From: an uncultured Eubacteriales bacterium
GTDB lineage: Bacteria > Bacillota > Clostridia > Oscillospirales > CAG-272
DNA length: 29,466 bases
Direction: 5' to 3'
Assembly: GCA_949286815.1 (NCBI GenBank)
Contig: CASEEB010000223.1
Span: 1 to 29,466, forward strand
The translations under genes were made by a program, and so were the position numbers. Position 1 is the first letter of the stretch, and each line of letters opens with the position of its first letter. Shown piece after piece: positions 23,933 to 29,466 of the stretch. Under the pieces are notes generated by a model. It ran no database searches. It had not been told where the DNA came from and was given only the letters and a program-made list of their open reading frames with translations.

Positions 23933-26356
23933 ATGTATCAGGTTCAGAAGAGAAACGGCAAGGTCGTCGAGTTTGACCTTTCCAGGATATCGGGTGCCAT
24001 TCAGCTCGCCTTTGAGGCACAGGAAAAGCAGTTCAACACAAATATAATAGACTTTCTCGCACTGAAAGTCACCGCGGATTTCGAGCCAAAAATAAAAAAC
24101 AATCTGATTGCCGTTGAGGATATACAGGACAGCGTAGAGTCCGTGCTTGTTCAGGCGGGATATGCGGACGTGGCGAAGGCTTATATTCTTTACCGCCGCC
24201 AGCACGAAAAACTGAGAGAAATACAGAACACCGCGCTTGACTACAAGGAAACGGTGAATCAATATCTTAAAATGAACGACTGGAGAGTTAAGGAAAATTC
24301 CACGGTTACTTACTCGGTTGGCGGACTTATACTGTCAAACTCCGGAGCCATTACGGCCAATTACTGGCTTTCCGAAATATATGACGATGAGATAGCGAAT
24401 GCGCACAGAAATGCCGATATTCATATTCACGACCTTTCAATGCTGACCGGATACTGTGCGGGGTGGTCGCTCAAGCAGCTTATAACCGAGGGGCTCGGAG
24501 GAGTCTCCGGAAAAATTACCTCTTCACCCGCGGCGCATCTTTCGACTTTGTGTAACCAGATGGTGAATTTTCTGGGGATTATGCAAAACGAGTGGGCGGG
24601 TGCTCAGGCGTTCTCTTCGTTTGACACATATCTTGCTCCGTTTGTAAAGGTGGACAACCTGTCATACAAAGAAGTTAAACAGTGTATTCAGTCGTTTGTA
24701 TACGGTGTCAATACCCCGAGCCGTTGGGGCACACAGTCTCCTTTTACGAATATAACGCTCGACTGGACTGTTCCGAATGACCTTGCTGAACTGAACTGCA
24801 TCGTGGGCGGCAAGGAACTTGATTTCAAGTACAAGGACTGCAAAGCGGAAATGGATATGGTCAATAAGGCGTTTATAGAGATAATGATAGAAGGGGATGC
24901 GAACGGACGCGGCTTCCAGTATCCTATTCCCACATACTCGATAACGCGTGATTTTGACTGGTCGGAAACCGAAAACAATAAGCTTTTGTTTGAGATGACC
25001 GCAAAATACGGAACACCTTATTTTTCCAATTACATCAATTCCGACATGGAACCGTCGGATGTGCGCAGCATGTGTTGCAGACTTCGTCTTGACCTCAGAG
25101 AGCTCAGAAAGAAATCCGGAGGATTTTTCGGTTCGGGCGAGTCCACGGGTTCGGTAGGAGTTGTAACCATTAACATGCCCCGTATAGCTTATCTTTCCGA
25201 AAATGAAGATGAATTTTACAAGAGACTTGACAAGCTTATGGACATATCCGCGCGTTCTCTTAAAGTAAAGAGGACGGTTATCACAAAGCTTCTTGACGAA
25301 GGTCTTTATCCGTATACAAAGCGTTATCTCGGCACATTCAACAACCACTTCTCAACTATAGGGCTTGTGGGAATGAATGAGGCGGGACTTAACGCCAAGT
25401 GGATACGTGAAGATATGACTCATGAGGCTACACAGAGATTTACACGCGACGTACTCAACCACATGAGAGAAAAGCTTTCGGATTACCAGGAGGAATACGG
25501 CGATCTGTACAACCTTGAAGCCACTCCGGCGGAATCGACGGCATACCGTTTCGCAAAGCACGACAGAAAAAGATATCCCGATATTATAACGGCTTCGGAT
25601 ATGAGCAGTACGCCTTATTATACAAATTCTTCGCATCTTCCCGTCGGATATACCGATGATATATTCTCCGCGCTCGATATTCAGGACGAGCTTCAGACGC
25701 TCTATACGTCCGGAACGGTCTTCCATGCTTTTCTGGGTGAGAAGCTTCCCACATGGAAATCCGCGGCGACTCTTGTCCGAAAGATCGCGGAAAATTATAA
25801 GCTCCCGTATTATACTCTTTCTCCTACCTACAGCGTATGTACCGAACACGGATATATCAACGGAGAGCAGTACAAGTGTCCTGTCTGCGGCAAGACCACA
25901 GAGGTCTACAGCCGTATTACCGGGTATTACCGTCCGGTTCAGGCTTGGAATGACGGCAAGACTCAGGAATTCAAGGAAAGACGCACGTACAATATCGACC
26001 GTTCAAACGAACTTCACCCTGAGATAAATATAGGTTCCGACGGTATACGTACTGTAAGGGCTATTCCCGAAGCGGTTTCGGTTTGCGTGGCAGACGGAGA
26101 AATGCCGGAGGATACGGGAATGAAAGTAATGCTGTTTTCTACCAAGACCTGCCCGAATTGTAAAATGGCATCCGTATTTCTCGAAAAAGCAGGCATACCG
26201 TATGAAAAAATTTACGCGGACGAGCATATTGACCTGGTTGAAAAATACGGTATAAAACAGGCGCCGACTTTGGTCGTTACCGACAACGGCATAGAAACCG
26301 AAAAGGCGGTAAATCTTTCAAATATCAAAAAATATATAGAATCCGCTACCGCGTAA
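23933..26356 (+). CDS. nrdD: Class III (anaerobic) ribonucleoside-triphosphate reductase with N-terminal ATP-cone and C-terminal glutaredoxin/NrdH-like domain
   Basis: ATP-cone (VQKRNGKVVEFD), HIHDL, SMCCRL finger loop, EATPAE, Zn site C..HG...CPVC, glycyl-radical YSRITGYY. C-terminal domain from about 26120 contains TCPNC and QAPTLVV. Confidence 0.95.
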   Translation: MYQVQKRNGKVVEFDLSRISGAIQLAFEAQEKQFNTNIIDFLALKVTADFEPKIKNNLIAVEDIQDSVESVLVQAGYADVAKAYILYRRQHEKLREIQNTALDYKETVNQYLKMNDWRVKENSTVTYSVGGLILSNSGAITANYWLSEIYDDEIANAHRNADIHIHDLSMLTGYCAGWSLKQLITEGLGGVSGKITSSPAAHLSTLCNQMVNFLGIMQNEWAGAQAFSSFDTYLAPFVKVDNLSYKEVKQCIQSFVYGVNTPSRWGTQSPFTNITLDWTVPNDLAELNCIVGGKELDFKYKDCKAEMDMVNKAFIEIMIEGDANGRGFQYPIPTYSITRDFDWSETENNKLLFEMTAKYGTPYFSNYINSDMEPSDVRSMCCRLRLDLRELRKKSGGFFGSGESTGSVGVVTINMPRIAYLSENEDEFYKRLDKLMDISARSLKVKRTVITKLLDEGLYPYTKRYLGTFNNHFSTIGLVGMNEAGLNAKWIREDMTHEATQRFTRDVLNHMREKLSDYQEEYGDLYNLEATPAESTAYRFAKHDRKRYPDIITASDMSSTPYYTNSSHLPVGYTDDIFSALDIQDELQTLYTSGTVFHAFLGEKLPTWKSAATLVRKIAENYKLPYYTLSPTYSVCTEHGYINGEQYKCPVCGKTTEVYSRITGYYRPVQAWNDGKTQEFKERRTYNIDRSNELHPEINIGSDGIRTVRAIPEAVSVCVADGEMPEDTGMKVMLFSTKTCPNCKMASVFLEKAGIPYEKIYADEHIDLVEKYGIKQAPTLVVTDNGIETEKAVNLSNIKKYIESATA

Positions 26357-26399
26357 TAAAAACGGCATTGTACGCAATAATAATATAGTGAAAAAGTAA

Positions 26400-26429
26400 G
26401 ACCGCCGTAAGGTAATCTGCGCGGCGGTC
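26400..26429. other. GC-rich hairpin between nrdD and trxB with no U-tract
   Basis: GACCGCCG / CGGCGGTC arms, followed by ATTATT; may be a stability or processing element rather than a terminator. Confidence 0.4.
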
Positions 26430-26452
26430 ATATTAACGGAGAGATTGATTTT

Positions 26453-27358
26453 ATGTATGACATAATAATAATCGGAGCGGGTCCGGCGGGGCTTACGGCG
26501 GCGCTGTACGCGAGGAGAGCCGATAAAAGCGTTATTGTTCTTGAAAGGGGAACTTTCGGAGGTCAGATAACCTATTCACCGAATATCGAGAACTATCCCG
26601 GATATGAAAAGATAAGCGGTAATGAGCTTGCGGAGAAGCTTGTCGGGCAGGCAGTTGCCATGGGCGCGGAAATCGAAATGGCGGAAGTTACCGCGTTAAA
26701 CTGTATAAACGGAATCTTTTATGTTGCTACCGACGAGTGTGAGTATATGTCGCACGCTGTAATAATCGCCACAGGTTCAAAGCACAGGCATCTTGGGCTT
26801 GACAGGGAAGAGGAACTTACAGGCAACGGCGTATCCTACTGCGCGGTTTGTGACGGCGCGTTTTATAACGGCAAGACTGTCGCGGTGATAGGCGGAGGAA
26901 ATTCGGCTTTGGTAGAGGCGATAATGCTTTCCGACGGTTGCCGTAAAGTGTATGTGGTTCAGAATCTTGACTATCTTACGGGAGAGGAAAAACTGATTTC
27001 CGTGCTTAAGGAAAGGAAAAATGTTGAGTTTATTTTCGGAAGCGTGGTCGAGAACCTTCACGGCGACAATGAGCTTGAGGGAATTATCATTAAAAACGAA
27101 GCGACCGGGGAAAAGCAGAGACTTGATGTGGACGGTATGTTTGTGGCGATTGGTCAGATTCCTGAAAATGAAATTTTTAAGGAATTTGCCGAGCTTGACG
27201 AGCGAGGGTATGTAGACTCGGATGAAAATTGCACAACGAAAACACCGGGATTGTTTGTTGCTGGCGACTGTCGAAAAAAACAAATAAGACAGATTACGAC
27301 CGCCTGCGGCGATGGAGCTGTCGCCGCGCTCGCCGCTTGCAGATATATTGATAAATGA
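26453..27358 (+). CDS. trxB: Thioredoxin-disulfide reductase
   Basis: GAGPAG FAD site, YCAVCDG redox CxxC, GGGNSA NADPH site and FVAGD motif. Confidence 0.93.
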   Translation: MYDIIIIGAGPAGLTAALYARRADKSVIVLERGTFGGQITYSPNIENYPGYEKISGNELAEKLVGQAVAMGAEIEMAEVTALNCINGIFYVATDECEYMSHAVIIATGSKHRHLGLDREEELTGNGVSYCAVCDGAFYNGKTVAVIGGGNSALVEAIMLSDGCRKVYVVQNLDYLTGEEKLISVLKERKNVEFIFGSVVENLHGDNELEGIIIKNEATGEKQRLDVDGMFVAIGQIPENEIFKEFAELDERGYVDSDENCTTKTPGLFVAGDCRKKQIRQITTACGDGAVAALAACRYIDK

Positions 27359-27408
27359 AAAAGGTACTGCTGGACCGATGATTGTCTGATATTCTGATTA
27401 TTGAAAAT

Positions 27409-27553
27409 AAAAAACGGGACTTATGTGGCGACTTCCTTTACTTTTTGCGAACTACAACTTTTATGCCATATTAGTATGCATAGTGTTTTACTGTAGGCTG
27501 CTGCGTATGTTTGAGTTATTGGAAGTCGGGATTACACATAGTCCCGCTTTTTT
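27409..27553. repeat. About 145 nt long imperfect inverted repeat; candidate ncRNA, large bidirectional terminator or MITE-like element
   Basis: AAAAAACGGGACTTATGTGGCGACTTCC (27409-27436) pairs with GGAAGTCG..CACATAGTCCCGCTTTTTT (27521-27553). Inner stems are CTACA/TGTAG and TATGC/GCATA. Confidence 0.6.
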
Positions 27554-27590
27554 GTTTTTAAGATCGTCAGATTGCGTTTACAGATGAGAG

Positions 27591-29093
27591 TCAGTTGAAA
27601 TCAAAGTCAGTCGCTCCGAATTTATTAAGAACATTCTGGTAGTGCCTTTGAGCTGATCTTTGCGTGCTTTTGTATGTGCGCGCTATTGTATTAGTTCCTT
27701 TTCCTTGTTGAACTATTCTTTCGATCACGAAAGACACTCCTTTCCATCCGTCATAAACATATCCAAAGTCAAATTTTCTGGTATTTACGATTAGGTCGAT
27801 CATAGCCGAATCCTGTTCGGATGAAGCGTATTTGAATTTAAGCGCAACATCGTAGTATTGCGGCAAGAATTGTTTGTAAGTTTCGGCGCAAAGCGCTTCG
27901 GTGACAATTCCTATCTTTTCAAGTTGAGCATCACCCGGAAGCTTCGTTACGAGCATGGCGCTGTGGCTTCCATCAACCATTGTGTAGTATTCTTTCTGAT
28001 TTGAATCGTACAAAGGATAGGGTAGTATACCGTATTCATTCTCAAAATCGACAAGGTCGGTTACGGCATGATTTAAACTCCCGGATGCAAAGAGAGAATT
28101 ATATGATGTAAGCATCGTTATTCCGATAGAATGCTCCACTTTTGAATATACTCCTTCAGCATTATAACACAGAGCGATTACCTTGTCTATTATATCGGTC
28201 AGTTTATCGGGATTTCTGTAATATGTGTATTCAAGCTCGCCCGCGGTGTTTTTTCGGAATATTGGGTTATCAAATGCCCATAGAAAGGCATCAATATTTG
28301 AGCATTGGTCCATGGCAAGTCCGTAAAAATCGTCCTCGTCTTTTTGATTGTTTCCGTTGTTATCGGTATATATATTGGCGATTGTCGAATACATGTAATC
28401 ATATGTCCACTCCATGTTGTCCACTATCTCGTACAGATTTCCTATATGCGTATAATTTTTCGCTATGTCTTTGTCATAAAACATGCAGTAAGTATTTGAA
28501 ATGGCGGAGGTAGCATAGTCCCCTATGGCTATGTAACAGATGCCGTTTACTGTGAGATCATCGACAGTGCATGACGACCACCACGGCTTTTCAAAATTCA
28601 CATACGGCACCTCGCTCCATGAAAGCAAGACATCGTTTATAACAAGACCTCCGGCGCTTACGACATGATACATCACAAGGTCAATTGAATCGGAATCACC
28701 TGCCTGTACCTGCGTCTGAACAAATGCGAACGCCTCATCGTATGTGCCTCTGTTGTTGCTGACAATCTCGACGTTGAAACGCTCCTCCACCGTGAGATTG
28801 CGCATATACGCCGTGTCCTCAATCAGATTGCCCGTATCGCCCTCTTCCACATCGACATAATCGATAGCGTCATCGTAAGTGATTACAATGAATTGCTCCT
28901 TTTCAAAGTCTCTTTCGGGCAGATCATCGGACAGCTCGGACGCTCCGCTTTCAATTTCTCCCGAATTATTTCCGCTTTCTGCGTTGTCTTTGTTATCGTC
29001 CGTTTCGCTTTCGGCGCAGCTTGTCAATACCGCGGACAGAAGAATCAACAGAGAAAGAATGGCGGACAATAATTTCAGATGTGTTTTTTTCAT
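27591..29093 (-). CDS. Extracellular solute-binding lipoprotein (ABC family 1/CUT1-like)
   Basis: ATG at 29093 with a GAGGG RBS; MKK, hydrophobic core and lipobox LTSC; acidic linker; GILPYP and AML/ALCAE motifs; EF-hand-like DNNGNNQKD loop. Confidence 0.85.
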   Translation of the reverse strand: MKKTHLKLLSAILSLLILLSAVLTSCAESETDDNKDNAESGNNSGEIESGASELSDDLPERDFEKEQFIVITYDDAIDYVDVEEGDTGNLIEDTAYMRNLTVEERFNVEIVSNNRGTYDEAFAFVQTQVQAGDSDSIDLVMYHVVSAGGLVINDVLLSWSEVPYVNFEKPWWSSCTVDDLTVNGICYIAIGDYATSAISNTYCMFYDKDIAKNYTHIGNLYEIVDNMEWTYDYMYSTIANIYTDNNGNNQKDEDDFYGLAMDQCSNIDAFLWAFDNPIFRKNTAGELEYTYYRNPDKLTDIIDKVIALCYNAEGVYSKVEHSIGITMLTSYNSLFASGSLNHAVTDLVDFENEYGILPYPLYDSNQKEYYTMVDGSHSAMLVTKLPGDAQLEKIGIVTEALCAETYKQFLPQYYDVALKFKYASSEQDSAMIDLIVNTRKFDFGYVYDGWKGVSFVIERIVQQGKGTNTIARTYKSTQRSAQRHYQNVLNKFGATDFDFN

Positions 29094-29143
29094 GTTCAAC
29101 CCTCAATCTTTCAGATGAATTTGTAAGCCGGAAAGTCGGCTTA

Positions 29144-29171
29144 TTGACATTATATGTATAATAATTATAAT
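29144..29171 (+). promoter_or_regulatory. Outward-facing promoter-like element
   Basis: TTGACA (29144-29149), 16 bp spacer, TATAAT (29166-29171), next to hairpin AAGCCG/CGGCTT (29125-29142). Confidence 0.45.
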
Positions 29172-29436
29172 GGCCGAAAGTTATTTGATACTGTAGATTA
29201 TTAACGATTTTATTAAATTCAGCGAACAATCTTAAACAATTATTTTAATGAAAAAATAACTTACTTTATATAATATTACTATATTATAGAGATAAAAGAT
29301 TGGTAATTTTATTGCGACATTGTTAAAAAAATGTTAAATATCGAATTTGATATTTTAATTAAGTATATATTATGATTTAAAATATATAATAAAAAATTAA
29401 TTCTGTGTTATTTATAAATTAATTTTTCAATATCTA

Positions 29437-29465
29437 TTGATTTGGTAGACATTTTGTGATATAAT
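29437..29465 (+). promoter_or_regulatory. Sigma-A promoter for a gene beyond the window end
   Basis: TTGATT (29437-29442), 17 bp spacer, TATAAT (29460-29465), with extended -10 TG. Confidence 0.6.
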
Positions 29466-29466
29466 G

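Noticed and set aside
1-29466. CRISPR array, tRNA/rRNA, transposase, integrase, intein or intron
   Set aside because: No regularly spaced repeats, cloverleafs or relevant motifs seen; nrdD and the other core genes have normal lengths with no interrupting inserts.

Overview
A 29.5 kb chromosomal, mostly housekeeping window. Gene content and sigma-A promoter style suggest an anaerobic Firmicute (Clostridia-like); the taxonomy is inference. Gene order: partial DMT/EamA-like transporter divergent from an AraC regulator; rimM-trmD; an O-antigen-ligase-like membrane protein and two DUF4330-like proteins; ptsH-uvrC-rsmD-coaD; a small membrane protein; a stand-alone GH106-like hydrolase; CPBP protease-tadA-membrane protein; pckG on the minus strand; lexA coupled to a MacB/FtsX-type ABC system; nrdG and nrdD (with a C-terminal glutaredoxin/NrdH-like domain) followed by trxB; and an orphan solute-binding lipoprotein. 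I saw no CRISPR array, tRNA, rRNA, transposase or phage genes. The best leads are: (1) the ligase-like protein appears to have lost its canonical catalytic motifs yet is intact, has a perfect RBS and sits with two DUF4330-like proteins; (2) a possibly self-contained TrxR to fused redoxin to class III RNR chain, with three NrdR boxes, a terminator overlapping the promoter and a candidate leader peptide; (3) two unexplained structured-RNA candidates at about 1290-1430 and 27409-27553; (4) lexA with no canonical SOS box, coupled to an ABC exporter. All family assignments come from motif recognition by eye; no searches were run.
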